Source: Actinomycetales bacterium (GTDB lineage: Bacteria > Actinomycetota > Actinomycetes > Actinomycetales > Microbacteriaceae). From it: DNA of 64,000 bases. Where the stretch lies: NCBI GenBank assembly GCA_038249035.1, contig JBBRWT010000001.1:1247-65246 (forward strand), given 5' to 3'. Made by a program: the position numbers and the translations under genes. Below the pieces are notes generated by a model, which was given only the letters and a program-made list of their open reading frames with translations, did no database searches and was not told the origin of the DNA. Shown here piece after piece: positions 1-9,262 of this stretch (its first letter is position 1; every line of letters starts with the position of its first letter).

Positions 1-99
1 GAATGCTGTACGCACGGGAACGAATGCCGCCCCCAGCTGCCGAACGAGACTGAACACGGCATCAGCGTCCGCCACCACAGCCCGGCGTACGACACTCAT
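1..99 (-). CDS. unassigned protein, 5' fragment (gene runs off the left edge)
   Basis: The ATG at 99-97 sits one base after the ctaF stop (TGAcATG). The frame stays open to base 1 (MSVVRRAVVADADAVFSLVRQLGAAFVPVRTAF). 33 codons are too few to name a family. Confidence 0.3.
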   Translation of the reverse strand, partial: MSVVRRAVVADADAVFSLVRQLGAAFVPVRTAF

Positions 100-100
100 G

Positions 101-517
101 TCAGCGCCCGAAATTGCCGCGGTAGTACTCGTAAACCCAGCCCACGAGCGCGAGGAGCGCGAGCGGGACCGCATACGCGACGATCCAGAACGAGATCGAG
201 AGTCCTAAGAAGACCAGTGCCGCACCACCCGCGAGGGCGACGGGCCACCAACTCCACGGCGAGAAGAAGCCCTGCTCAGCCTCGCCGTCATCGATGTTTG
301 CATCGAGGCGGTCCTCAGCCAACTCGCCGCCCTGGTTGCGGTACACGAGCTGCAGATACAGGGCAATAAGGGCCGACAGCATTGCGCACAGACCGAGAGC
401 GACAGCACCTACCCACTCCACCGAGTTGTGGTCGATGATCGACCACGCCACGTAGATCACGGTCAAGAGGGTGAAGAAGCCCAGCAGAATCCAGAACAGG
501 TTGATCGTCGTTTTCAT
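101..517 (-). CDS. ctaF: cytochrome c oxidase subunit IV (actinobacterial CtaF type)
   Basis: 138-aa four-helix membrane protein 9 nt downstream of ctaD. Size, position and hydrophobic pattern fit actinobacterial subunit IV. No sharp diagnostic motif. Confidence 0.8.
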   Translation of the reverse strand: MKTTINLFWILLGFFTLLTVIYVAWSIIDHNSVEWVGAVALGLCAMLSALIALYLQLVYRNQGGELAEDRLDANIDDGEAEQGFFSPWSWWPVALAGGAALVFLGLSISFWIVAYAVPLALLALVGWVYEYYRGNFGR

Positions 518-526
518 CGGTCTGCC

Positions 527-2248
527 CTACCTGCTGGTCTCGGTAGTACGAACCGATCCACGTTCCGCGCCCGAGATGCCGAGCGGCAAACTGGCCTCGG
601 GGTGGTTCAGGTCGAATGCTGGCGACTCGGAGCGGATGCGCGGAATCGAGGTGAAGTTGTGACGCGGCGGCGGGCATGAGGTAGCCCACTCGAGCGAGCG
701 GCCGTAGCCCCACGGATCGTTCACCGTGACCAGCGGCGCCCGGCGGGCCGTGATGTACACGTTCAGCAAGAATGGAATCATCGACGCCGCGAGGAGGATC
801 GACCCGAAGGTCGAGAGCTGGTTCATCCAGGTGAAACCATCATCGACAAGGTACGTCGCGTAGCGCCGAGGCATGCCCACGACGCCGAGCCAGTGCTGAA
901 CCAGGAACGTCGTGTGAAAACCGATGAAGAGCGTCCAGAAGTGAATCACGCCGAGACGCTCGTTCAGCATCTTGCCCGTCCACTTTGGCCACCAGAAGTA
1001 GAAACCCGCGAACATTGCGAACACCACGGTACCGAACACCACATAGTGGAAGTGGGCTACCACGAAGTACGAGTCGGAGACCGCGAAATTGAGCGGTGGT
1101 GAGGCCAGGATCACGCCCGTGAGGCCTCCGAAGACGAAGGTGATCAAAAACCCCAGCGAGAAAAGCATGGGGGTCTCGAATGTCACCGATCCGCGCCACA
1201 TGGTGCCGATCCAGTTGAAGATCTTTACACCCGTGGGCACGGCGATCAGCATGGTCATGAGGGCAAAGAACGGCAGCAAGACCGAGCCTGTGACGTACAT
1301 GTGGTGAGCCCACACGGTCATCGAGAGGGCGGCGATAGCAATCGTGGCGTAGACGAGTGTCTTGTAGCCGAAAATTGCCTTGCGGCTGAAGACCGGGAAG
1401 ACCTCAGACACGATGCCGAAGAACGGCAGGGCGATGATGTACACCTCAGGGTGTCCGAAGAACCAGAACAAGTGTTGCCAGAGGATTGCACCGCCGGTCG
1501 CAGCGTCGAACACATGCGAACCGAACATGCGGTCTGAGCCGAGAGCGAACAGCGACGCGGCGAGCACTGGGAACGCCATGAGAACGAGCAGTGAGGTCAC
1601 GAGGGTGTTCCACGTGAAGATGGGCATACGCCACATCGTCATACCCGGGGCGCGCATCGTGATGATGGTCGTGATGAAGTTCACGGCGCCCAGAATGGTT
1701 CCGAAACCGCTCAGCGTGAGCCCGAACACCCACATATTGCCGCCGAGTCCTGGTGAAAACGTCTGACTAGACAGTGGCGCGTAGGCGAACCATCCGAAGG
1801 ACGCCGCGCCCTGTGGGGTGAGGAAGCCGGCGACGGCGATCAGTGAACCGAAGGAGTAGAGCCAGTAGGCAAAAGCATTCAGTCGCGGAAAAGCCACATC
1901 AGGGGCACCGATTTGCAGGGGCATAAGCGCGTTGGCGAAGCCCGCAAAAAGGGGCGTCGCGAACATAAGCAACATGATCGTGCCGTGCATCGTGAACAGC
2001 TGGTTGTACTGCTCTTTCGTGGCGACAATTTCTAGCCCCGGTGCGAACAGCTGCGCCCGAATGACGAGCGCCATGACACCGCCGATCAAGAAGTAGATGA
2101 ACGACGTGATCAGGTACATGTACCCGATGGTCTTGTGGTCGGTGGTCGTGATCCACCCGACGAACACGTTGCCTTTGCGGCGAACCGTCGGAGAAACGTG
2201 CTCGGGCGCAGGGCCCGACACTGATGGACGAGGTGCGGTCGTGGTCAT
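527..2248 (-). CDS. ctaD: cytochrome c oxidase subunit I
   Basis: 573 aa and polytopic. Carries the heme-copper oxidase signature [10 protein letters not shown] and conserved His ligands. Confidence 0.97.
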   Translation of the reverse strand: MTTTAPRPSVSGPAPEHVSPTVRRKGNVFVGWITTTDHKTIGYMYLITSFIYFLIGGVMALVIRAQLFAPGLEIVATKEQYNQLFTMHGTIMLLMFATPLFAGFANALMPLQIGAPDVAFPRLNAFAYWLYSFGSLIAVAGFLTPQGAASFGWFAYAPLSSQTFSPGLGGNMWVFGLTLSGFGTILGAVNFITTIITMRAPGMTMWRMPIFTWNTLVTSLLVLMAFPVLAASLFALGSDRMFGSHVFDAATGGAILWQHLFWFFGHPEVYIIALPFFGIVSEVFPVFSRKAIFGYKTLVYATIAIAALSMTVWAHHMYVTGSVLLPFFALMTMLIAVPTGVKIFNWIGTMWRGSVTFETPMLFSLGFLITFVFGGLTGVILASPPLNFAVSDSYFVVAHFHYVVFGTVVFAMFAGFYFWWPKWTGKMLNERLGVIHFWTLFIGFHTTFLVQHWLGVVGMPRRYATYLVDDGFTWMNQLSTFGSILLAASMIPFLLNVYITARRAPLVTVNDPWGYGRSLEWATSCPPPRHNFTSIPRIRSESPAFDLNHPEASLPLGISGAERGSVRTTETSR

Positions 2249-2254
2249 GAGCCG

Positions 2255-3118
2255 CTACTCCCCTTCGCTTGCGCCGGAGGTGCCCGGCAGGTTCGTGTTC
2301 GTGTTGAGCTCGGGGCCAAGGCGGCCAACGTTGCCCTCGGCGCGGAGTGACTCGACGTAGGCGTCGTACTCGTTCTGTGAGACGACCTTGACGTTGAACA
2401 GCATCAGCGAGTGGAATTCGCCGCACAGCTCTGCGCACTTGCCGGTATACGTGCCCTCTTTTTCGGGGATGAAGTACCAGTGGTTGGTTTTCGACGGGAT
2501 CATGTCTTTCTTGTACAGAAAGTCGACGATCCAGAACGAGTGGATGACATCGCGCGACTCGAGACGGATCTCGACTTTTTGACCGACGGGGAGGTAAAGG
2601 GTGGGCAGGCTTTCGGGGTCGATCGTGTTATTCGGCCCCGTCTCTTGAGCCTGAATTCCCGAGAAGTAGACATCGTCGGTGATGTAATTGAAATCCCACG
2701 CCCAACGCTTGCCGAAGACCTCGATTACCGTGTCAGGATCAGCAATCGGGGCCTCGATCTCAGCCTGGTCTCGGGCGGTGAAGGCGAAGAAGCCCAGCAC
2801 CAAGATGAGCGGCACGACCGTGTAGAACGCCTCGATCGGCATGTTGTAGCGAAGCTGAGCAGGAAGCCCGGTCTGGCCCTTGCGACGGCGGTACACGATC
2901 GCCGCCCAGATGATGAGACCCCAAGTGATGATGCCCACAACGAGCAACACGATCCACGACGTGACCCAGAGACCGATAACGCGGTCGACCTGGTTCGTGG
3001 TGCCCGGATCGGTGGGCAGCCACCCGAGCGTTTGCTGGGTCGTGCAGCCCGCAAGGGCAACCGTGGTGACGATGGCGAGCGGGATCGCCGTCAATCGAAG
3101 ACGTCGGTTGGAACGCAC
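2255..3118 (-). CDS. ctaC: cytochrome c oxidase subunit II
   Basis: CuA motif CAELCGEFHSLM and a lipoprotein-like LAGC signal. Start placed at GTG 3118 (GAGAGG upstream) rather than the longest-ORF start at 3232. Confidence 0.9.
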   Translation of the reverse strand: MRSNRRLRLTAIPLAIVTTVALAGCTTQQTLGWLPTDPGTTNQVDRVIGLWVTSWIVLLVVGIITWGLIIWAAIVYRRRKGQTGLPAQLRYNMPIEAFYTVVPLILVLGFFAFTARDQAEIEAPIADPDTVIEVFGKRWAWDFNYITDDVYFSGIQAQETGPNNTIDPESLPTLYLPVGQKVEIRLESRDVIHSFWIVDFLYKKDMIPSKTNHWYFIPEKEGTYTGKCAELCGEFHSLMLFNVKVVSQNEYDAYVESLRAEGNVGRLGPELNTNTNLPGTSGASEGE

Positions 3119-3254
3119 CGGAGACCTCTCGTGGGGGGCAAGGAACAGCTTCCACTCTACGCCACGGGCGGGGCACCGACGGCCCCGCGACGCTCCGAAA
3201 CCCCTGCCAATCGACGCCGATATGCTGCACATCCGTGCCCGTTAACGCAGGAGA

Positions 3255-3274
3255 GGCTCACCGCGTGGTGAGCC
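3255..3274 (-). terminator. stem-loop downstream of the HesB-like gene (possible factor-independent terminator without U-tract)
   Basis: Perfect 8-bp stem GGCTCACC/GGTGAGCC with a 4-nt loop, about 50 nt after the stop at 3323. Confidence 0.35.
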
Positions 3275-3322
3275 CATCCATTCGCGCAAACGCGCACCGT
3301 GCGGGACGCCGGTGGGGTCAGA

Positions 3323-3688
3323 TCAGTGGAAGCTGTCGCCGCACGCGCAGCTGCCGCCGGCGTTGGGGTTGTCGATCGTGAAGCCCTGCTTCTGAATCGT
3401 GTCTTCGAAGTCGATCGAGGCGCCGTCAAGGTAGGGAACGCTCATCTTGTCAACGACGACCTCTACGCCGTCGAAGTCGCTCAACGCGTCGCCGTCGAGC
3501 ACGCGCTCGTCGAAGTAGAGCTGGTAGATGAGGCCAGAGCAGCCGCCCGGCTGCACGGCCAAGCGCAGGCGCAGGTCGTCGCGACCCTCTTGGTCGAGCA
3601 ACGAGCGCACCTTTGCAGCGGCGGTCTCGGTGAGCTGGACGCCGTGTGCAGTGTCGGTGCTCGGCGGCGTGAGTGCGGTGTCGGTCAT
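3323..3688 (-). CDS. A-type iron-sulfur cluster carrier (HesB/IscA/ErpA family)
   Basis: 121 aa ending GGSCACGDSFH (the C-x-C-G-x-S-F motif of A-type carriers). Confidence 0.9.
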   Translation of the reverse strand: MTDTALTPPSTDTAHGVQLTETAAAKVRSLLDQEGRDDLRLRLAVQPGGCSGLIYQLYFDERVLDGDALSDFDGVEVVVDKMSVPYLDGASIDFEDTIQKQGFTIDNPNAGGSCACGDSFH

Positions 3689-3775
3689 GATGACTCCTCG
3701 CGTGGGTCGATGTCGATCTTTAGTGTACGCGGTGCTGCTGGATGCCCGATGGAGGCTTCGCTGAGCATCCTCTGA

Positions 3776-5197
3776 TCACTCGCCCACGGTGTGGGCAGCC
3801 AGTCGCGCTAGCAGCACAGCCTCGGTCAGAATAGCGCGCTGAAAAACCCCAAGGTGCAGCGACTCATCGGGGCTGTGCGCCCGCGTGTGCGGGTCTTCGA
3901 CGCCCGTAACGAGCACCTGTGCATGAGGAAAGATCTCAGCGAGCTGGGAAATGAATGGTATCGAGCCGCCGACTCCCACCTGCACCGGCTCGGCGTCCCA
4001 GGCTTCGCGCATCGCCGCGAGAGCCTCGTCGACGGCCCATCCACTGGAATCGACGAGAAAGGGCTCACCCAGATCTACCGAGGCAAACGCAAGGTGAGCG
4101 CCGAACGGCGTGTGCTCGCGCAGGTGGCGCTGGATCGCCTCAAAGGCCTCAGCGGCGCTCTGGCCAGGAGCCACGCGTGCGCTGATCTTGACAGTGATTG
4201 AGGGCGCGAGCGTGTTCGAGGCGTTCTGAACGCTCGGGGCATCGATGCCCGTCACCGTGATCGCAGGCTGGGCCCAGAGGCGGTGCAACAGCTCGCCGCG
4301 CCCGATCGGGGTGACGCCCTCGAGCAGGGCGGCCTCGTCGCGCAATCGTTGTTCTGAAATGATCGGCACATCTTGTACGTGTGACCGTAAGCCCTTAACC
4401 GCGACAGAGCCGTCGGCGTCATGCAGCGTGGCCAGCAATGCGATGGTCGCGAGCATGGCATCCGGCACCGCTCCCCCATACATGCCCGAGTGTGAGGCGT
4501 GGCCGAGCGTCGACACGGTGAGGCTGAAGGTTGCGTTGCCGCGCAAACCGACCGTGAGTGATGGGGTGTCGATCGCCCAGTTGTCGGAATCGGCGACGAC
4601 GATCACGTCAGCGGCAAGAAGGTCACGGTGACGTTCGAGCAGGGCGCCAAACGAGCGAGAACCGAACTCTTCTTCGCCCTCGATGAAGACGACGAGACCG
4701 AGTTCGGGCTCGCCCGTGGCCTCGACGAGCGATCTGATGGCAGCAACGTGCGCCATGACTCCGGCCTTGTCGTCGGCGACGCCGCGGCCGTAGAGCCGAT
4801 CACCGCGCAGGGTCGGTTCGAACGGCGGCGAGCTCCAGTCGCTCTCGACACCGGGGGGCTGCACGTCGTGGTGGGCGTAGAGAAGAGCTGTGGGCCTTCC
4901 GCCCACCGCCGCGCGGCGCGCGAGCACAGCGGGCTGCCCGAGCACACCGTCCGGGCCCGGGGCGCGGTCAATGAGCACTTCATCAAAGACCGCGAGTTCC
5001 CGGAGAAGCTGTGCCGTACGTTCGGCCGACGCGTGCACGTGCGCAGCGTCAAAGCCGTCCCACGACACGGAGGGGATGCGCACGAGTTCAGAAAGCTCGG
5101 CGATGGCTCGCGGCAGCCCTCCGCGCACGCTCGCGCGGAGGGCATCGAGCGAGGCTGTGGGGGTGAGAGAAGGATCGGGGCGAATGGCGGGCGTCAT
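3776..5197 (-). CDS. M20 family dipeptidase
   Basis: Metal-ligand motifs HHDVQP, GRGVADDKAG and EGEEEFGS. ATG 5197 preferred over TTG 5224. Confidence 0.85.
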   Translation of the reverse strand: MTPAIRPDPSLTPTASLDALRASVRGGLPRAIAELSELVRIPSVSWDGFDAAHVHASAERTAQLLRELAVFDEVLIDRAPGPDGVLGQPAVLARRAAVGGRPTALLYAHHDVQPPGVESDWSSPPFEPTLRGDRLYGRGVADDKAGVMAHVAAIRSLVEATGEPELGLVVFIEGEEEFGSRSFGALLERHRDLLAADVIVVADSDNWAIDTPSLTVGLRGNATFSLTVSTLGHASHSGMYGGAVPDAMLATIALLATLHDADGSVAVKGLRSHVQDVPIISEQRLRDEAALLEGVTPIGRGELLHRLWAQPAITVTGIDAPSVQNASNTLAPSITVKISARVAPGQSAAEAFEAIQRHLREHTPFGAHLAFASVDLGEPFLVDSSGWAVDEALAAMREAWDAEPVQVGVGGSIPFISQLAEIFPHAQVLVTGVEDPHTRAHSPDESLHLGVFQRAILTEAVLLARLAAHTVGE

Positions 5198-5241
5198 GCC
5201 GGTAATCTTAAGCCTCTGCCTCAACGGAAGGATGTGCCGCC

Positions 5242-5841
5242 GTGGCCGCCCGCGACAACGCTAAACCCGCACCCAGCGCCGCCGAACAGGCGACGGCCGA
5301 TGCGATCGCCACAGCCGACGCCATTAGTGCCGGCAAAGGCCACGCGACTCCAACGCGCAAAGAACGCGAAGCCGCGCGAAAGCGCCCCCTTGTTCCCAAT
5401 GATCGCAAGCAGGCCGCCAAAGAGCACCGCGAGAAGCTGAACGCGTCGCGCGAGCGGGCGCGAACGGGCATGGCGAACGGCGAAGAGAAGTACCTACCGC
5501 AACGCGACCGGGGTCCGCAGAAGAGGTGGGTGCGCGACTATGTCGACGCGCGCATCAGCATCGGCGAGTTTCTGATTCCGGTGATGTTTTTCGTCATCAT
5601 TTTGACGTTCATCCCCTCGGTCGAAGCGCAGACGATCTCGATCCTCGGCCTGTGGGCATTCTTCCTCGTGGCCGTGCTCGACTCGACGCTTCTGGGCTTC
5701 ATCGTGCGACGCAAGCTCGCAGCGAAGTTCGGGGCCGACAAGGTCGAGAAGGTGCGCTGGTACGCGGCGATGCGCTCGCTGCAACTGCGCCTGCTCCGCC
5801 TGCCCAAGCCGCAGGTCAAGCGGGGCCAATTTCCTGTCTAG
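5242..5841 (+). CDS. DUF3043-type membrane protein
   Basis: Lys/Arg-rich N-terminus followed by two TM helices (FLIPVMFFVIILTF, ILGLWAFFLVAVL). The GTG start is preceded by GGAAGGA. Confidence 0.75.
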   Translation: MAARDNAKPAPSAAEQATADAIATADAISAGKGHATPTRKEREAARKRPLVPNDRKQAAKEHREKLNASRERARTGMANGEEKYLPQRDRGPQKRWVRDYVDARISIGEFLIPVMFFVIILTFIPSVEAQTISILGLWAFFLVAVLDSTLLGFIVRRKLAAKFGADKVEKVRWYAAMRSLQLRLLRLPKPQVKRGQFPV

Positions 5842-6866
5842 AGTGGCCGCCGGCCTAGGCCACGCGTCACCTGCCGTGCCCACAGCGGGCCGCGGTACAA
5901 GAATGCGGTGTACCCCTGCACGAGAGTCGCTCCCGCTTTCAGGCTCTCGGCCGCGTCATCGGCCGTGTCGATACCGCCCACCGCGATAACGCACAGGTCA
6001 TCGCCCACCGCGGCACGCACCCGTCGCAAGACGGTCAGGGCGCGCTCGCGCAGCGGGGCGCCACTCAAGCCGCCAGCACCTGATGCGACGACGAGATCGG
6101 GCTCAGAAACGAGACCCTCACGGCCGATTGTTGTGTTGGTTGCGATGATTCCCGCGAGGCCCAGCTCGAGTGTCAGTGCACACACTGCGTCGATGGCCGC
6201 GTCGTCGAGGTCTGGCGCGATCTTCACGAGCACGGGCGTTGCACCCGCCTCCTCGAGCACCGCCGACAACAGCGGGCGGAGCAGAGCATCGTCTTGCAGG
6301 CCGCGTAGGCCCGGAGTGTTGGGTGAACTCACGTTGACGGCGAGATAGTCGGCGACCGGTGCGAGCAGGCGGGCCGATGAACGATAGTCGGCCACGGCAT
6401 CCTCGACCGCGACGACGCGGCTCTTGCCGATATTCGCGCCGATAACCGGTCCGTGCGGGCGCCGGTGCTCGCGGGCAATGCGGTCGGCAGCGCCGGCGGC
6501 TCCCTCGTTGTTGAAGCCCATCCGGTTGATGACCGCGCGATCATCGACGAGCCGAAAGAGCCGCGGCTTCGGGTTGCCCTCTTGCGCGATCGCGGTGACC
6601 GTACCGATCTCGACGTGGCCGAATCCGAGAGCCCACAGGCCCCGGATGCTGCGCGCATCCTTGTCGAACCCTGCGGCCATACCGAACGGCGACTCGAAGT
6701 GCAGCCCGAGGGCGTCGACCGCCAGGGCTGGGTCGGGTCGGGTGAACCTTCGCATAAGCCCGGTGAGGCCGAGCGCAGGAATCGCTCGGATGACAGCGAC
6801 CGCCCAGTGGTGAGCGCGCTCAGGGTCGAGACGCAGCAGCACGATGCGAAAGAACAGTTCGTACAC
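5838..6866 (-). CDS. pyrD: dihydroorotate dehydrogenase (quinone), class 2
   Basis: Motifs GFNNEGA and NVSSPNTPGLR, plus the FMN-binding VIAVGGI. Confidence 0.92.
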   Translation of the reverse strand: MYELFFRIVLLRLDPERAHHWAVAVIRAIPALGLTGLMRRFTRPDPALAVDALGLHFESPFGMAAGFDKDARSIRGLWALGFGHVEIGTVTAIAQEGNPKPRLFRLVDDRAVINRMGFNNEGAAGAADRIAREHRRPHGPVIGANIGKSRVVAVEDAVADYRSSARLLAPVADYLAVNVSSPNTPGLRGLQDDALLRPLLSAVLEEAGATPVLVKIAPDLDDAAIDAVCALTLELGLAGIIATNTTIGREGLVSEPDLVVASGAGGLSGAPLRERALTVLRRVRAAVGDDLCVIAVGGIDTADDAAESLKAGATLVQGYTAFLYRGPLWARQVTRGLGRRPL

Positions 6867-6874
6867 GCTGCGTC

Positions 6875-7351
6875 TCAGCCCGCGTCGGGGGCGGCTGGCG
6901 CGGTGCCGTGCTCGATGCGCAGCTGCGAGATCGCCGACTCGAAGTCGTCGAGGTTCTCGAAGGCCTGGTACACGCTGGCAAAGCGCAAAAATGCGACCTC
7001 ATCGAGCTGGCGCAGCTCAGGCAGAATGGCGAGACCGATGTCATTCGCGTCGAGTTGAGAGGCTCCTGTGGCGCGCAGGTTCTCTTCGACCTTTTGCGCC
7101 AGTTGCGCCAAATCGGCATCGGTCACGGGCCGACCTTGGCACGCCTTGCGCACGCCGAGCACGATCTTCTCGCGCGAGAACGGCTCGACCACACCGCTGC
7201 GCTTAATGACCATGAGGCTCGCCGTCTCCGTGGTGCTAAAACGGCGGCCACACTCCGGGCACTGGCGACGGCGTCGGATCGAGAGCCCGTCATCGCTCGT
7301 TCGCGAGTCGATAACGCGGCTGTCGGGGTACCGGCAGAAGGGGCAGTGCAT
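6875..7351 (-). CDS. nrdR: transcriptional repressor NrdR
   Basis: N-terminal zinc ribbon MHCPFC...CPECGRRF followed by an ATP-cone domain. 158 aa. Confidence 0.95.
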   Translation of the reverse strand: MHCPFCRYPDSRVIDSRTSDDGLSIRRRRQCPECGRRFSTTETASLMVIKRSGVVEPFSREKIVLGVRKACQGRPVTDADLAQLAQKVEENLRATGASQLDANDIGLAILPELRQLDEVAFLRFASVYQAFENLDDFESAISQLRIEHGTAPAAPDAG

Positions 7352-7363
7352 GGTGGGGCCAGC

Positions 7364-8668
7364 CTAGAGGAAGCGTGCTCGCACGGCGTCGCCGTGGGCG
7401 GGCAGTTGCTCGGCGTCGCTGAGAGCCGCTATGTGGTCAGCGACCGCGGCCAGGGCATCCCGGTCGTACTCGACAATTTGTTGTGGGCGCAAGAAGGTGT
7501 ACGCGCCAAGACCAGAGGCGAAGCGCGCTTGACCACCCGTGGGCAGCACGTGATTGGAGCCGGCGATGTAGTCACCGAGGCTCACTGGCGTGTGGTCTCC
7601 GACGAAAATCGCGCCCGCGCTTTCGAGGTGCGGCAGCAGAGCGTGCGGGTCGGCGACCTGCACCTCGAGGTGCTCGGGGCCGTACGCGTTACTGAAACGG
7701 GCCGCCTGTGCGAGGTCGTCAACGAGGACCACTGCCGACTGCTCACCCTCGATCGCGGTCGTCACACGCTCTCGGTGCCGCGTGGCGGCGACAGCTGCCG
7801 GAAGAGCCCGCTGCACCGCATCTGCGAGGGCCACGTCGTCGGTAACGAGCACGCTACCGGCGAGCTCGTCGTGCTCGGCCTGACTGATCAGATCGGCGAC
7901 AACGTAGTCGGCGCGGGCCGTGCCGTCGGCAATGATCACGATCTCGGTCGGTCCGGCCTCAGAGTCGATGCCCACGACTCCCCTCACGGCACGTTTGGCC
8001 GTGGCGACGTAGAGGTTGCCAGGGCCCGTGATGACCTGCACGGGCTCGAGCCCCAGATCGGGCACACCATAAGCGAAGGCGCCGATCGCTCCGGCGCCAC
8101 CCATGGCATACACCTCATCGACGCCGAGCAGGGCAGCCGCGGCCAGGATCGTGGGGTGCACGCTGCCGCCGAACTCGGCTTGCGGGGGCGACGCCAGAGC
8201 GATCGAACGCACTCCCGCAACCTGCGCAGCAACAACGTTCATGACAACACTTGAGGGGTACACCGCCTTGCCACCCGGCACGTACAGCCCGACGCGCGCG
8301 ACCGGCTGCCAGCGCTGCACAATGCGAGCGCCGGGAGCGACCTCGGTCACCCGCTCGGCGGGCACCTGCGCCGTGGTCGTTCTGCGCACCCGGTCAATGG
8401 CCTCGTCGAGGGCCGCACGTACGGCAGGGTCGAGCCCCGCCTGGGCGACGCGAAACTGCTCAGCCGCCACGCGCACAGCAGCGGGTTTCACACGATCGAA
8501 GCGCTCGGCCTGATCGAGGAGGGCGGCGCTGCCGCGGTCGCGCACATCCTGAATCAGGGCGTCGACGGCGGGGACCGCTGACCCGACGTCTCTCGTCGCG
8601 CGCGGAACGAGGGCAAGCAGGTCGGCGGTGCTGAGGGCGCGGCCGCGCAAATCGAGGGTTCGCATCAT
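7364..8668 (-). CDS. hisD: histidinol dehydrogenase
   Basis: Motifs SQAEHD and GDYIAGSNHVLPTGG. 434 aa. Confidence 0.95.
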   Translation of the reverse strand: MMRTLDLRGRALSTADLLALVPRATRDVGSAVPAVDALIQDVRDRGSAALLDQAERFDRVKPAAVRVAAEQFRVAQAGLDPAVRAALDEAIDRVRRTTTAQVPAERVTEVAPGARIVQRWQPVARVGLYVPGGKAVYPSSVVMNVVAAQVAGVRSIALASPPQAEFGGSVHPTILAAAALLGVDEVYAMGGAGAIGAFAYGVPDLGLEPVQVITGPGNLYVATAKRAVRGVVGIDSEAGPTEIVIIADGTARADYVVADLISQAEHDELAGSVLVTDDVALADAVQRALPAAVAATRHRERVTTAIEGEQSAVVLVDDLAQAARFSNAYGPEHLEVQVADPHALLPHLESAGAIFVGDHTPVSLGDYIAGSNHVLPTGGQARFASGLGAYTFLRPQQIVEYDRDALAAVADHIAALSDAEQLPAHGDAVRARFL

Positions 8669-8733
8669 GGCGCGTCCAGCCTAATCGCGGCCAGCCTCGG
8701 GAATACCCGGGCGTGGATGCGGTTGCATAGTCC

Positions 8734-9237
8734 GTGATGACCATCGCTCCCGACGCCACTGGATTCGACGCGTTCGCGCAGGCCTTCCGCCGTCATGCTG
8801 CCGGCGTGGCCGTGATCACAGCGCTCACTCCCGACGGCCGACCCGTAGGGTTCACTGCCACCTCGCTCGCCTCACTGGCCGCTGTGCCACCACTCGCGAC
8901 GTTCAACATGGCCTGTACGGCGAGCTCGTGGCCCGCGATCGAGCAAACCGAACGCGTCGCGATCCATATGCTCGGCCAGGACGACTACGCGGTCGCAAAG
9001 ATCATGGCGGGCGACAACTCCCACCGCTTCGACGGCGACCACTGGGAGCCGGGGCCGCACGGCCTTCCGATTCTGAAGAACGTGACCGCGTGGATGGTCG
9101 GGACGATTGTCGCCCGCACCGCTGTGGCGGGCAATGCCATGATCGCCGTACAGATCAACGAGGGGGCACTGGGTCAGCCTGACGAGCCCTTGTTGTACCA
9201 CGAACGCTCGTATCGGGCCCTCGGCGCCGAGCTCTAG
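8734..9237 (+). CDS. flavin reductase-like FMN-binding protein
   Basis: 167 aa. The segment FRRHAAGVAVITA...GFTATSLASLA is typical of the flavin reductase domain family. Confidence 0.8.
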   Translation: MMTIAPDATGFDAFAQAFRRHAAGVAVITALTPDGRPVGFTATSLASLAAVPPLATFNMACTASSWPAIEQTERVAIHMLGQDDYAVAKIMAGDNSHRFDGDHWEPGPHGLPILKNVTAWMVGTIVARTAVAGNAMIAVQINEGALGQPDEPLLYHERSYRALGAEL

Positions 9238-9262
9238 CTGCACTCGGCTGAGACGCTCGACG

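Noticed and set aside
6908-8254. Very long antisense ORFs: a 448-aa ORF opposite nrdR/hisD, and similar ones at 11090-12082, 27453-28820, 35869-36759, 40099-40854 and 43927-44994.
   Set aside because: Their products are Arg/Gly/Asp/His-rich with no recognisable motif. The opposite strand encodes unmistakable conserved proteins. Such stop-free antisense frames are expected in very G+C-rich DNA.
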